Shown here piece after piece: positions 36,539-47,551 of a stretch of 64,000 nt of DNA (position 1 is its first letter; each line of letters starts with the position of its first letter). The notes beneath the pieces were generated by a model. It was not told where the DNA came from and did no database searches. It saw only the letters and a program-made list of their open reading frames with translations. Both the position numbers and the translations under genes were made by a program. This stretch comes from an uncultured Nitrospiraceae bacterium (GTDB lineage Bacteria > Nitrospirota > Nitrospiria > Nitrospirales > Nitrospiraceae): NCBI GenBank assembly GCA_963839785.1, contig CAWIWD010000007.1, forward strand, positions 1,643 through 65,642, read 5' to 3'.

Positions 36539-37540
36539 ATGCCTGAACTGAGAAGAGATCCGATCGTCGGCCGCTGGGTCATCGTGTCCACCGAACGGAG
36601 CGGCCGCCCCCACGACCTCCATGTGCCCGCCGCAGCGTTACCTTCTGCCTCCATGTGCCCATTCTGTCCGGGTCAAGAACGGCTGACACCGAAGGAAATC
36701 CTGGCGTATCGGCCACAGGCCTCCGAGCCCGATAGTCCGAATTGGACGGTGCGGGTAATCCCTAACAAATTTCCCGCGCTTCATGTGGAAGGGGATATGG
36801 GCCGTGAAGGGCTCGGCCTCTATGACCGGATGAACGGCATCGGCGCCCATGAAGTCATCATTGAAACCACCAACCACAAGGACAGCTTGGCCGACCTTCC
36901 GGCAAAACGAGTTGAGGATGTCCTGTGGGCCTATCGCGACCGCATCCTGGACCTCAAGAAAGATCTTCGCTTTCGTTACATCTTGATTTTTAAAAATCAG
37001 GGCGCCGCAGCGGGCGCGACTTTAGAGCACAGCCATTCCCAACTCATTGCGTTGCCGGTCGTGCCGACCAGCGTGCTCGAAGAGATGGACGGGTGCCGGC
37101 AACATTTCCAGCAGAAGGAACGCTGTATTTACTGCGACATCATGCGCCAGGAATCAGCCGAAGGCGCGCGGGTGGTGCTGGAGAATCCAGAATTTGTGTG
37201 TCTGACCCCTTACGCGCCGCGTTTCCCGTTCGAAATGTGGATCCTCCCCAAACGGCATGCGGGGTATTTCGAGGAAAGTCAGCGCTCACAGTTCGAGTTT
37301 CTGGCGTCGATCCTCGGAGAAGCCTTGCGGCGCATGAATGCCGTGCTGGCTCGCCCGGCATACAACTTCATGCTGCACAGCTCCCCGCTTCACGAAAAAA
37401 CAGGAGATTTCTATCACTGGCATATCGAGATCATTCCGAAACTGACCCAGGTGGCCGGATTCGAATGGGGCACCGGCTTCTATATCAATCCCGTCTCACC
37501 CGAAGAATCTGCCAAATCCTTGCGAGATGCGCCAATCTAG
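36539..37540 (+). CDS. galT: GalT-family nucleotidyltransferase (galactose-1-phosphate uridylyltransferase-like)
   Basis: ELRRDP, CPFCPG, NKFPAL, HSHSQ (HxHxQ), HWHIEI, GFEWGTG. Confidence 0.9.
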   Translation: MPELRRDPIVGRWVIVSTERSGRPHDLHVPAAALPSASMCPFCPGQERLTPKEILAYRPQASEPDSPNWTVRVIPNKFPALHVEGDMGREGLGLYDRMNGIGAHEVIIETTNHKDSLADLPAKRVEDVLWAYRDRILDLKKDLRFRYILIFKNQGAAAGATLEHSHSQLIALPVVPTSVLEEMDGCRQHFQQKERCIYCDIMRQESAEGARVVLENPEFVCLTPYAPRFPFEMWILPKRHAGYFEESQRSQFEFLASILGEALRRMNAVLARPAYNFMLHSSPLHEKTGDFYHWHIEIIPKLTQVAGFEWGTGFYINPVSPEESAKSLRDAPI

Positions 37541-37780
37541 CCGTGATTTGTTCATCGGCTCAAAATTATTGGCGAAGGCTCACCAGGTTCTGCTATGTGC
37601 GCCGATCAACAGCCCATTTTACGTCTGGGTCAAACACCTAGTGAAATGGAAGTATTTTATCCGGTCAACCTACTTGCAATCATCATCCGGGCGGGCGTAT
37701 AAATTTATCATCGGAGCGCGTGTTTTGAATTCCACGTGTATTCTTCCCGGCCATGAGTTCAGGGAGGTAGGAATGCGAAC

Positions 37781-37933
37781 ATGAACGAGCCCAATGTCCC
37801 CTGGAAGGAATCAATCTTCAGTGAGCTTGATCTCAAGAACAGAAAGTTCAAGCGCTTGGCGCTGGTATCGGCTCTCTTGTTTCTCGGCGTGGCCGGACTG
37901 TTGGTTTTCCAGATCCTCCAGGGAATAAGATAA
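37781..37933 (+). CDS. 50-aa single-TM small protein (below ORF-track cutoff)
   Basis: [50 protein letters not shown]; GGGAGG upstream. Confidence 0.6.
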   Translation: MNEPNVPWKESIFSELDLKNRKFKRLALVSALLFLGVAGLLVFQILQGIR

Positions 37934-38086
37934 CCATCGCTCGGTTGTCTGCTTGTGTGTACCGCGCTCGCAATCTGGTCACCACTCGGATCCTTCCCCT
38001 CACCTTGAAATGCGTCCCCCTGTACGAGAGTCATTCGGGGGTTTCGGAGTTTGCAATCCCTCACGAATCAGCCGTATCATCGCCAC

Positions 38087-38281
38087 ATGATCATTCAGCT
38101 GAGCCATCCGCAACGCCACGTCGAAATCAAAGGCCCCAAGCGCACCAAAGAAGTGCTGCGCGAACTCAATCTCGTGATCGAGGCGCATCTGGTGATTCGG
38201 GGTGATGACCTGGTTACGGAAGATGAAATGCTCGCCGATGCCGACCAGATCGAAATTCGGCCGGTCATTTCCGGCGGTTGA
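38087..38281 (+). CDS. MoaD/ThiS-family sulfur carrier, TtuB-like
   Basis: 64 aa ending in ISGG; directly upstream of a TtuA-like gene. Confidence 0.88.
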   Translation: MIIQLSHPQRHVEIKGPKRTKEVLRELNLVIEAHLVIRGDDLVTEDEMLADADQIEIRPVISGG

Positions 38282-38324
38282 TCACCCAGGAATCTCCCCA
38301 GCCTGTCACGCGGTACAAATATTC

Positions 38325-39267
38325 ATGAATTGCGGAAAGTGTAAAACCAAAGCCGTGATCAGTCTTCCGCGGCACAATGCCGCCTTCTGCAAAGACTGCT
38401 TCACCACTTTTGTGCACGAGCAGGTCGCGCGTGCGATTAAGTCATTCAAAATGTTCACGCCCACTGATCGCATCCTCGTCGCAGTCTCCGGCGGCAAGGA
38501 CAGCCTCGCACTGTGGCATATCCTTCTCAAGCTCGGGTATCGAGCCGACGCGCTGTACGTCAATCTCGGCATCGGCGCCTACTCCGAAGAATCGCATCGC
38601 AAAGTGACAGCATTATGCCGAGACTGTGGCTGCCTCCCACGGCGCCACGCTACTGGTCCATGTCGTCGAGCAAGAAGCCGGAGCCGGCATTCGTGAATTG
38701 GCCACCATCCTCCACCGGCCAACCTGCTCGACCTGCGGAACCATCAAGCGGTATCAGTTCAATCGCGCAGCCGTGGAGCAGGATTATGACGTCATGGCCA
38801 CGGGCCATAATCTTGACGACGAGGCGGCGCGCCTCTTAGGTAATGTGTTGCACTGGCAGGAGGAATACCTGGGCAAACAGAGTCCGACCTTGCCTGCTTC
38901 CGTCGAAGGATTTGCGAAAAAGGTCAAGCCACTCTGCCGCCTATCCGAACGAGAGATCGCCGCCTATGCGGTGGTCAATCGCATCGACTACATTGTGGAA
39001 GAATGTCCCATGGCGAAGGGCTCGAAGATGATCCTCTATAAAGAGGTCCTCAATCGGCTGGAAACCGAATCCCCCGGTACCAAGCAGCGTTTCTACTGGG
39101 GATTTTTAGACAAGCAAACCAAGCCAGACTCCGCCGTCGAGTCGATGGCCGAAAAGGACCAACGGACCCTTATCCCGTGCGAGTCTTGCGGCCAACCGAC
39201 GACCGCAGGCACCTGCTCCTACTGCAAGATGATGGCAAAATCCAAGCATGCCACCGTCCATCGCTGA
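38325..39267 (+). CDS. ttuA: TtuA/Ncs6-type tRNA 2-thiolation ATP pyrophosphatase (TIGR00269-like), frameshift near 38610
   Basis: N-terminal CxxC...CxxC, PP-loop SGGKDS, CSTC, TGHNLDDE, ECP, C-terminal CESC...CSYC. Confidence 0.8.
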
Positions 39268-39454
39268 GCATTACGCGCCCTCGAGCCCAAGATAATCTCC
39301 TCCGGCCTTCTTGGCGTCTCATCGTTGAATGACCGCAGATATTTCTCTCAGAGGAAATCGCGACTCGTGGATCGAAACTCGGCGCCCGCCGTGCCGCCCA
39401 CTGCAATGACGAGCTTCCCATGTGCCCGGCACTTTCGTGTTGGTGGCATCCTCG

Positions 39455-39751
39455 CTAAGGCCTCGTCGAAGAGGCTGTCCGATTCAACTGTGCGCGAAGT
39501 TCTTCAGTGAATTTCGGCAGATCCGACTTCGCCTCGTGGGCGAGTTCATTCAGTGTGGCCGAGAAAATGGGCAGGACGTCACTCGCTGCGTCCGTCATGG
39601 TGTTGGTCAGAGACTTGGCGAAACGCTCCGCACGCTCCCCGGCGGTCGGCTTCCGGTTGGACTGTCGCGCACTGTTGTCCAGTGAAGTGCAGGCGGATGA
39701 AAACAGCAGGACGAAGATGCCGAAAAGTCCAACGCAGATTCGTACGATCAT
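39455..39751 (-). CDS. Hypothetical lipoprotein
   Basis: GAGGTG RBS; hydrophobic leader with FSSAC lipobox; helical remainder. Confidence 0.55.
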   Translation of the reverse strand: MIVRICVGLFGIFVLLFSSACTSLDNSARQSNRKPTAGERAERFAKSLTNTMTDAASDVLPIFSATLNELAHEAKSDLPKFTEELRAQLNRTASSTRP

Positions 39752-39926
39752 TGATACACCTCGTCCTTCAGTATAATCGACGATGTCGTACATGCGAAGA
39801 GGCCGCCGTTAAATTTTTCCATTTTGTTTCCGATCATGACCCTCCAAGCGCTCGGCGCTCCGCCACCCTTCTCCCGATCTACCTTGCTTGGTATCATATC
39901 TATACCCATACACCGGAGGTCATAGC

Positions 39927-40919
39927 ATGGCGGACATGGTCCGGCTTCAACCCGGGGGACTTGTCGGTCCCGATAATGCGTTTCACATTGATGCATGGGG
40001 GAAGGCCAGCGTCAATCTGATCACGCATGCGCATGGCGACCATGCCCGCTCGGGCAGCGCCGAATATTGGTGCGCGGAAGACTGCGCATCGATCCTCCGC
40101 CACCGGCTGGGACCGGACATCCGCCTGCGAGCCCTTCCTTATCGCCACAAAGAACGCCTCGGCGACTCCTGGATCTCATTCCATCCCGCCGGCCATATTC
40201 GGGGATCGGCCCAGATTCGGGTGGAGCATGGGTCGGAGGTATGGGTCGTGACGGGAGACTATAAACGCGATCCGGACCCGACATGTGAGGCCTTCGAAAC
40301 GGTGCCGTGCGACACGATGATCACCGAGGCGACGTTCGGTCTACCCATTTACCGCTGGACGAGTTCTGAAACCATCGCCGCGCAGATCATGGACTGGTGG
40401 CAGGAATGCCGCCGTGAGGGAACTACCGCCCTCCTGTTTTGCTATGCCCTCGGCAAGGCTCAGCGGATTCTTTCCGAGTTGAGCCGCTTCACGAATGATG
40501 AAGTCCTCGTGCATGGCGCGGTCGCCTCGCTCACGCAGATCTATCGTGAGCAAGGTGTGACAATGGTGCCGACTCGACTCGTCGGCGACGAGAGCGGCTC
40601 GATAGAAGGACGGCTGGTGTTGGCGCCGCCCTCGGCCCACCGCAGCCCCTGGATGAAACGGTTTCGCTCAGTCTCGACGGCTTTTGCGTCCGGGTGGATG
40701 GCCGTGCGAGGGATCAGACGGAGGCGAGGCTATCAGCGCGGCTTTGTCCTCTCCGACCATGCAGATTGGGGCAGTCTCTTGCGCACGGTCGAGGAATCCG
40801 GCGCCTCACGGGTGCTGGTGACCCATGGCAATACCGACTCGCTGGCGAGATTCCTGCGTGAGGTGAAGGGCGTCCGTGCGGAGTCGCTCACGACGGAATT
40901 CGGCGAAGGAGAGGATTAG
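39927..40919 (+). CDS. Ligase-associated DNA damage response exonuclease (MBL/beta-CASP)
   Basis: ITHAHGDHA, PAGHIRGSAQ, TGDYK, EATFGLP, YALGKAQR, ASGWM, LSDHADW, VTHG. Confidence 0.93.
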   Translation: MADMVRLQPGGLVGPDNAFHIDAWGKASVNLITHAHGDHARSGSAEYWCAEDCASILRHRLGPDIRLRALPYRHKERLGDSWISFHPAGHIRGSAQIRVEHGSEVWVVTGDYKRDPDPTCEAFETVPCDTMITEATFGLPIYRWTSSETIAAQIMDWWQECRREGTTALLFCYALGKAQRILSELSRFTNDEVLVHGAVASLTQIYREQGVTMVPTRLVGDESGSIEGRLVLAPPSAHRSPWMKRFRSVSTAFASGWMAVRGIRRRRGYQRGFVLSDHADWGSLLRTVEESGASRVLVTHGNTDSLARFLREVKGVRAESLTTEFGEGED

Positions 40920-42657
40920 GTGGAAGCCTTCGCAACCTTGTTCCAGCGCGTCGATCAAACGGCCTCGACCAACGAAAAGATCAGGATCATGGCGGAGTTT
41001 TTCCGCAAGCAGGATCCTGAGACCTGTGCTTGGACGCTTATTTTTTCTATCCGGGCAGAAACCGAAGCAGCTGGTGGGTTCGGCGAAACTGCGGCAGTGG
41101 TCGCAGGCGCTGGTGCGCTATCCCGACTGGATGATGGAGGACTGTTATGCCGCCGTGGGCGATACCGCTGAGATGGTCGCCCTCATCCTGGCGGCGGCAG
41201 GAGAAACGGGAAAGAATCCCCCCAGCGAGGCCATCTCACTCGGCGAGTGGATGTCCCATCGGTTGTTGCCATTGGTCAACATGGACGACGAGAGCCGCCG
41301 CCGGCACATCATCGGCTGGTGGCAGCAACTCGAGGCCAAGGAAGTCTTCATCCTCAACAAGTTGTTGACGGGATCATTGCGCATCGGGGTGTCGGAAACA
41401 TTGGTGTATCGCGCCCTGTCGGAAGTATTTTCATTGCCCCATGCGGTCATCGCGTCACGCCTCGTGGGTACCTGGCATCCCAGCGGGGAATTTTTTACGC
41501 GGTTGGGGGCAGACAGCCGGCGATCTGGCATCGACCGAAGCCCAGGTTGCATCCCTCTTGCCGTTGCCGTTTTGTCTGGCCGCTCCATTGGATCGGCAAC
41601 CGGCCGAATTGGGTCGACCTAGGGGAGTGGCAATGCGAATGGAAATGGGATGGCGTCCGCTGCCAGATCGTGAAGGCGGGAACGAAGCTCGAGATGTGGT
41701 CGCGCGGCGAAGAACGCATCACCGGCTCGTTCCCTGACCTGGCGCGCGCGCTGGCACAGCTCCCGGCGACTGGATCCTGGATGGAGAGGTCGTAGCGGGA
41801 GACTGGAACCGTCCCGGCTCCTTTCAGGCGTTGCAGAAACGATTGAATCGCAAGAAGCCGTCGCACGGCCCTCATGGCAGCACATCCTGTCTCGTTCCTG
41901 GCCTATGATCTGCTGCATGTGAATGGCGAACCATGGAGGGATCGTCCGCTTACGGAACGCCGCGAGGCCCTGCAATCGCTTTTGAGATTCGCCCGTCATA
42001 CCCGAGATCGGGCTCTCGCCATTACTTATGCCGTCTTCCTGGGCCGAGGTGGCGGATTTGCGGTCCATGGCCAGGAGCCACGGCGCCGAGGGAGTGATGA
42101 TCAAGGGCCGGCACACCTCGTATGAAACCGGCCGCAAGCGGGGGGTCTGGTTCAAATGGAAGACGGATCCCCTGACCATCGACGCGGTCCTGACGGCGGC
42201 TCAACCGGGCACCGGACGGCGGGCTTCGCTGTATACCGACTACACCTTTTCATTGTGGAAAGAGCAGCATTGATTCCCGTGGCCAAGGCCTACTCAGGCC
42301 TCACCGATGCGGAGGTGCGTGAGTTGGATGGGTGGATACGCAGGAACACTACGGAACGGTTCGGCCCCGTCCGCACGGTGAATGCCCTGCGAGTCTTCGA
42401 GCTCGGATTCGAAGGCATCAGCCGGAGCGAGCGGCACAAATCCGGATTCGCCGTCCGCTTCCCGCGCATCCTTCGGGAGCGCACCGACAAACGACCTGAA
42501 GATGCCGACGGGATCGGCAGCCTTGAGCAATTATTCCAATGCCTCGTCCCTGCTTCAGACAGCGGGTTCGAGCGTTGCTGGCCAACGAGGAACGTCACGG
42601 GCTCGCAACTCGGAACAAATGAGTTTCGACCTGAACGATCCTCCTGAAAGCGCATGA
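40920..42657 (+). CDS. ATP-dependent DNA ligase of the exo-lig-lhr-pdeM cluster (many frameshifts)
   Basis: CYAAVGDTAE, EWKWDGVRCQ (motif I), LDGE, EGVMIK, WFKWK, YTDYTF, KAYSG, AVRFPRI; stop 42655-42657 overlaps the next ATG. Confidence 0.9.
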
Positions 42658-45214
42658 GTCCCTCCTCAAAAATTCTTACATCGAATCCGCCGGCTCAATC
42701 GTATGGGACGATTGGCTCGTCCGATGGAAGCCGCCGCCCTGAAATCCAGAAAAGCGGAAGCGTGGCCTGACCTGTCTCTCGAGCAAGCCGATGAGCAATG
42801 GCTCGGTTGGTTTACCGCACAAGGATGGACTCCGTTTTCATTTCAGCGAGAAGCATGGGACGCCTTTAGGCAGGGGAAATCAGGGTTGATTGCGGTGGCC
42901 ACCGGAAGTGGAAAAACCTACGCCGCGCTGGGCGGCCCGCTCGTCTACCTGATGGCGAATCCTCCTCATGGCAGGAGTGAGCAGCTTTCGATTCTGTATA
43001 TCAGTCCGCTCAAGGCGCTGGTGCGAGATATCGCCCAGGCTATCCAGCGGCCCATCGAGAAGCTTCAGTGGCCGATCGAAGTAGGCGTGCGTACCGGGGA
43101 CACGCCGCCCGTCATTCGTCGCCAGCTCAAGGCGCAATCACCTCATGTTCTGGTGACCACCCCCGAATCGCTCGCCATTATGCTCACCGACGAAGGATGG
43201 CAAGCACGCATGGGCGGACTGCAAGCGGTGGTCCTCGACGAATGGCATGAGTTGCTCGGGACGAAGCGCGGGAGCCTGCTCGAATTGTCCCTGGCCCGAT
43301 TGCGGTCGGTGGCAACAGACGCCCGTACATGGGCCTTGTCCGCCACCATCGCTAATCTCGAGGTCGCGGCGGCGGCGGCAGTGGGCTCTGTCCAATCGAC
43401 GATCATCCGGGCGGAGATTCCCAGAAACATCGAGGTGCGTACCATCCTCCCGGCTTCGATATCCCGCTGTCCCTGGTTCGGCTATTCGGGGCTTCGATTG
43501 CTGCCGGACGTGATCCGCAGCATCGATCCGGCCAAGAGCACGTTGATCTTCACCAACACCCGCTCCCATGCAGAGCGCTGGTATCAGGCAATTCTGGACC
43601 CGGAAGCCGGAATGGGCGGAGACCATGGCCTTGCATCACGGTTCATTGGATCTCGATGAACGCCAGCGGGTGGAAGAAGGCATTAAATCCGGCCAACTTC
43701 GTCTTGTCGTCGCCACGTCGTCACTCGATCTCGGAGTGGATTTTCCGCACGTCGAGGACGTCATTCAAATCGGCTCGGCCAAATCGATCGCCCGAGCCAT
43801 CCAGCGGGCCGGCCGGGCCTTTCACCGCCCTGGTGAGCAGACCCTGGTGCGCCTCTGCCCGACAAATTTTCTGGAAATTCTCGAAGCCTCAGCGGTGAGA
43901 GCGGCCATGCGGGACGGCGTCCTGGAAGAGCGGGCACCCCTGGCCAAACCCTTGGATGTGTTCGTGCAATTTCTGTTGAATTCCGCCTTTCATGAGGGAT
44001 TCGATCCCGCCGAAATTTTGGCCCAGGCCCGTTCGAGCTATTCGTTTCGAAGCATCACCGACGAAGAGGCCGCCTGGGCGCTGGAATTCATCGTGGCCGG
44101 CGGCGCGCTGTCGGCCTATCCACGGTTTCACAAAGTCGAGCAGATCGAGGGACGGTACCGGTTCGTCTCATCGAACATGGCTCGCCAACATAAGATGAAC
44201 ATCGGCACGATCATGTCGGAGAGCGGCGTCCTGGTGCAGGTGCGGGGCGGCGCCAAGCTCGGCATCATCGATGAGACCTTCGCGGCCAAACTGAAGCCGG
44301 GAGACGTCATCCAGTTCGGCGGCCGCACCGTAGCCTTTCTGCACATCCGGGACATGACCGCCTACGTGAAACCGGCCAAGCAACGTAGCCCCGTCGCGAC
44401 GGTTTGGAACGGAACGATCCTTCCCCTCAGCGCGCCCCTGTCGCAATACTTGCGGCGCGAGATCGCGCAGATGGGCCTGGCGGCACAAGGCGAGCCGGCT
44501 CGTTCGCCTGAGGTGACGGCATTGTTACCAATTGCGCGCATTCAACAGGCCCGTTCCAGAATCCCCGCCGCCCATCACACATTGATGGAAGAATACCGAA
44601 GCCGGGAAGGACATCACCTCTTCGTCTATACCTGGGAGGGCTGGAGCGTCAACGAAGGATTAGGGCACCTGACTGCCTCTCGCCTCGCGCAGGTGCGTCC
44701 GAATACCATCGCCGTGTCCGCCAATAATTACGGATTTGAATTACTCTCGACGGAACCGCTCGGAAACCCCGACGAAATTAGACAAGCTCTGACCAATGTC
44801 GACAGCTTGGAAGAGGAAATTCCTGCGTCGCTCAATTATCCCGAACTCGCCAAGCGGGCGTTTCGAGAGATTGCGCGGGTGGCCGGTCTTATTCACCAGG
44901 GAACACCGTCTGAACGCAAATCAGCTCGCCACCTTCAGATGAGTTCGTCGCTCCTCTTCGACGTGTTCCGGCAGTACGAACCGGCCCATCCGCTGCTGGC
45001 GCAGGCCTATCGAGAGGTGCAGGACCAGCAGCTTCAACTCGATCGCTTGCGCGCGGTCATGACTACAATGGCCGGGCAGGAATGCCTGCATGTGCACATC
45101 CCACGACTGACGCCCTTTGCCTTTCCACTCTACGTCGAGCGTATTCGATCCCGTCTCTCCACCGAAAAATTCGAACAGCGGATCGCGCGCCTTCAACGAG
45201 AGGTCTTTAGCTGA
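42654..45214 (+). CDS. Lhr-core DEXH helicase (ligase-associated), frameshifted
   Basis: TGSGKT, SPLKAL, RTGDT, TTPESL, DEWHE, SAT, HHGSL, TSSLDLGVD, QRAGRAFH. Confidence 0.92.
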
Positions 45215-45862
45215 GTGCGCATTGTCGTTCGAGAAGAAGAATTCGAGCTGCTGCCGGATCGCTGCCTCTACTGGCCGTCACAGGAACTGCTCGTGGTGGC
45301 CGACGTTCACTTGGGCAAAGCAGAGACCTTTCAGCAGCAGGGACTGTGGTTGCCGGCCGGCTCCGGCGCAAAAGATCTCTCGACCTTGCGCGAGGTGATC
45401 GCCGGACGCCTTGTGCGACGGCTCATCTTCTTGGGCGACCTGGTCCATTCGATGGCGGGAGTGACGGGCGAAATACTCCAGGATTTCTCACGATGGATGC
45501 GCGATTTTGGCGGAGACGTACAGGTAGTCGTGGGCAATCACGATACGGGCTTGGCCAAACGCTGGCCCGCAGCCTGGGACCGGGCAACGCTTTGTGATCA
45601 GGTGCGTCTCGGTGATTTTGTCTTCCAGCATCAACCGGTCAGCAACCCAGGACCGGAGGGAGAATTCTATTGGGTCGGTCATGTGCATCCCATGATTCTT
45701 CTCCGCAAAGGGCCTGACCGCCTCAGACTGCCAGGATTTGTGATCTCCGCTTTTCAAGGGGTGCTGCCCGCCTACTCAACCCTCAGCGGCGGCTACGACG
45801 TTCCGTTCTCTTCGGGTGATCAAGTGTTTGTAACGGGAAACGGGCGGGTGTACCAAGTCTAG
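45215..45862 (+). CDS. pdeM: Ligase-associated metallophosphoesterase/endonuclease PdeM (MPE)
   Basis: ADVHLGK, LGDLVH, GNHD, GHVHP; GTG immediately after the helicase stop. Confidence 0.9.
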   Translation: MRIVVREEEFELLPDRCLYWPSQELLVVADVHLGKAETFQQQGLWLPAGSGAKDLSTLREVIAGRLVRRLIFLGDLVHSMAGVTGEILQDFSRWMRDFGGDVQVVVGNHDTGLAKRWPAAWDRATLCDQVRLGDFVFQHQPVSNPGPEGEFYWVGHVHPMILLRKGPDRLRLPGFVISAFQGVLPAYSTLSGGYDVPFSSGDQVFVTGNGRVYQV

Positions 45863-45943
45863 GACGGGCTACGTTCAGGTTCCTTGATGGTCACGTCCGA
45901 AAATAGCCAGAATTTTACCGTCGAATCTGGCAGAGTACAGACT

Positions 45944-47551
45944 ATGGAACCGCTCGACCAAGATGTGTGCTACCGTGCCCTGCAGACGCGCGACTCGCGT
46001 TTCGATGGACGCCTCTTTGTCGGCGTCGTCTCCACGGGTATCTACTGCCGCCCCATTTGTCCGGCTCGAACCCCCAAGCAGGAACACTGCCGTTTCTTTT
46101 TCAGTAGCGCGACTGCCCAAGCGGCAGGATTCCGTGCCTGCCTGCGCTGCCGCCCAGAAATCTCTCCCGAACTGCCCGGCTGGCGCGGCACGTCGAACAC
46201 GGTCTCGCGCGCGCTCGCGCTCATTGCCGACGGCTTCCTCGATCGTGAGGATGGAACGGTCGAGCTACTTGCGATGCGCGTCGGAATGGGCGCGCGGCAG
46301 TTGCGCCGGCTCTTCGACCAGCACCTTGGAGCTTCGCCGATCACAGTCGCCCAGACGCGTCGTCTAAACTTTGCCAAACAGTTGATTCATGACACTAGCC
46401 TCTCCATGGCCCATGTGGCGATGGCCGCGGGGTTCGGCAGTTTGCGCCGCTTCAACGATGCGTTCCGCAGGCTGTATCACAGACCGCCCGGCAAGATGCG
46501 GCGTCTTACTACACATCCTTCAGCCGATGTGCCCGTCGAGGCTCCCGTGCTCTTCTGCGTTCCCTATCGACCTCCTTATGATTGGAAAGCCATGCTGGAG
46601 TATCTACGCGCGCGAGCCATGGATCACATGGAGGTCGTCGAAAATGGCATCTATCAGCGTAGCGTCTCCCACGAGAACTTGCAAGGCATCGTGACGGTCG
46701 AGCACGCACCCGACCGGCATAGCCTCCTCGCCACCATCCAGTTTCCATCTGTTCGCGCGCTCCAAGCCATTGTGGCCTGCGTCCGGCATCAGTTCGACGT
46801 AGGAGCCGACGTCGATGCCATTACCGCTCACTTATCCAAAGACCACATGCTCGCTCCAATGATTTCCTCTCGACCGGGATTGCGCATGCCTGGATGTTGG
46901 GATGGATTTGAGCTCGCCATCCGCGCCGTGCTGGGACAACAGGTCACAGTGGAAGCGGCGCGCCGGTTCGGCAGCAAGTTGGTCGCTGAGTTCGGAGAAC
47001 CGATCCCTCACGCCGTCGACACACGATTGACTCGCACCTTTCCCACGGCTCACCGTCTTGCCACGGCCGACTTGAGTTCCATCGGCATGCCTGCGGCGCG
47101 CCTGGCGACGATGAAGGCGCTGGCCCAGGCGGCAATGTCCAATCCACGCCTGTTCCTGCCAGGGGGATCGATCGAAGAGAGTATTGCGCAACTCCGTGCC
47201 ATCCGCGGCGTCGGTGAATGGACCGCTCAATATATCGCCCTTCGCGCCTTGCGCGGACCGGATGCATTTCCCGTCACGGATCTGGGCCTCTTGCGAGGCG
47301 CACAGCTGGCAGGAATAGCGACCGACGGTCCTGAACTGCTCCGGCGCGCGGAGGCCTGGCGACCCTGGCGTGGCTATGCCGCCCAGCATTTATGGACCGT
47401 CGGCAACCGCAGCACAGTCACTGGCAAGGAGGTTCGTCATGGCTCGCCCAGTTCGCTTTCTGACCGAGACGCTCTTGACACCAATCGGCAAGTTGGTCCT
47501 GATCTCCGACGAGAATGGACTCTTGCGAGCGACCGATTGGATGGACTATGA
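45944..47551 (+). CDS. Ada-AlkA fusion: Ada zinc domain, AraC HTH and 3-methyladenine DNA glycosylase II
   Basis: RDSRFDG, TGIYCRPICP, GFRACLRCRP, AraC HTH, AVLGQQV, IRGVGEWTAQY, AFP..D, WRPWR.YAA. Confidence 0.92.
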   Translation: MEPLDQDVCYRALQTRDSRFDGRLFVGVVSTGIYCRPICPARTPKQEHCRFFFSSATAQAAGFRACLRCRPEISPELPGWRGTSNTVSRALALIADGFLDREDGTVELLAMRVGMGARQLRRLFDQHLGASPITVAQTRRLNFAKQLIHDTSLSMAHVAMAAGFGSLRRFNDAFRRLYHRPPGKMRRLTTHPSADVPVEAPVLFCVPYRPPYDWKAMLEYLRARAMDHMEVVENGIYQRSVSHENLQGIVTVEHAPDRHSLLATIQFPSVRALQAIVACVRHQFDVGADVDAITAHLSKDHMLAPMISSRPGLRMPGCWDGFELAIRAVLGQQVTVEAARRFGSKLVAEFGEPIPHAVDTRLTRTFPTAHRLATADLSSIGMPAARLATMKALAQAAMSNPRLFLPGGSIEESIAQLRAIRGVGEWTAQYIALRALRGPDAFPVTDLGLLRGAQLAGIATDGPELLRRAEAWRPWRGYAAQHLWTVGNRSTVTGKEVRHGSPSSLSDRDALDTNRQVGPDLRREWTLASDRLDGL

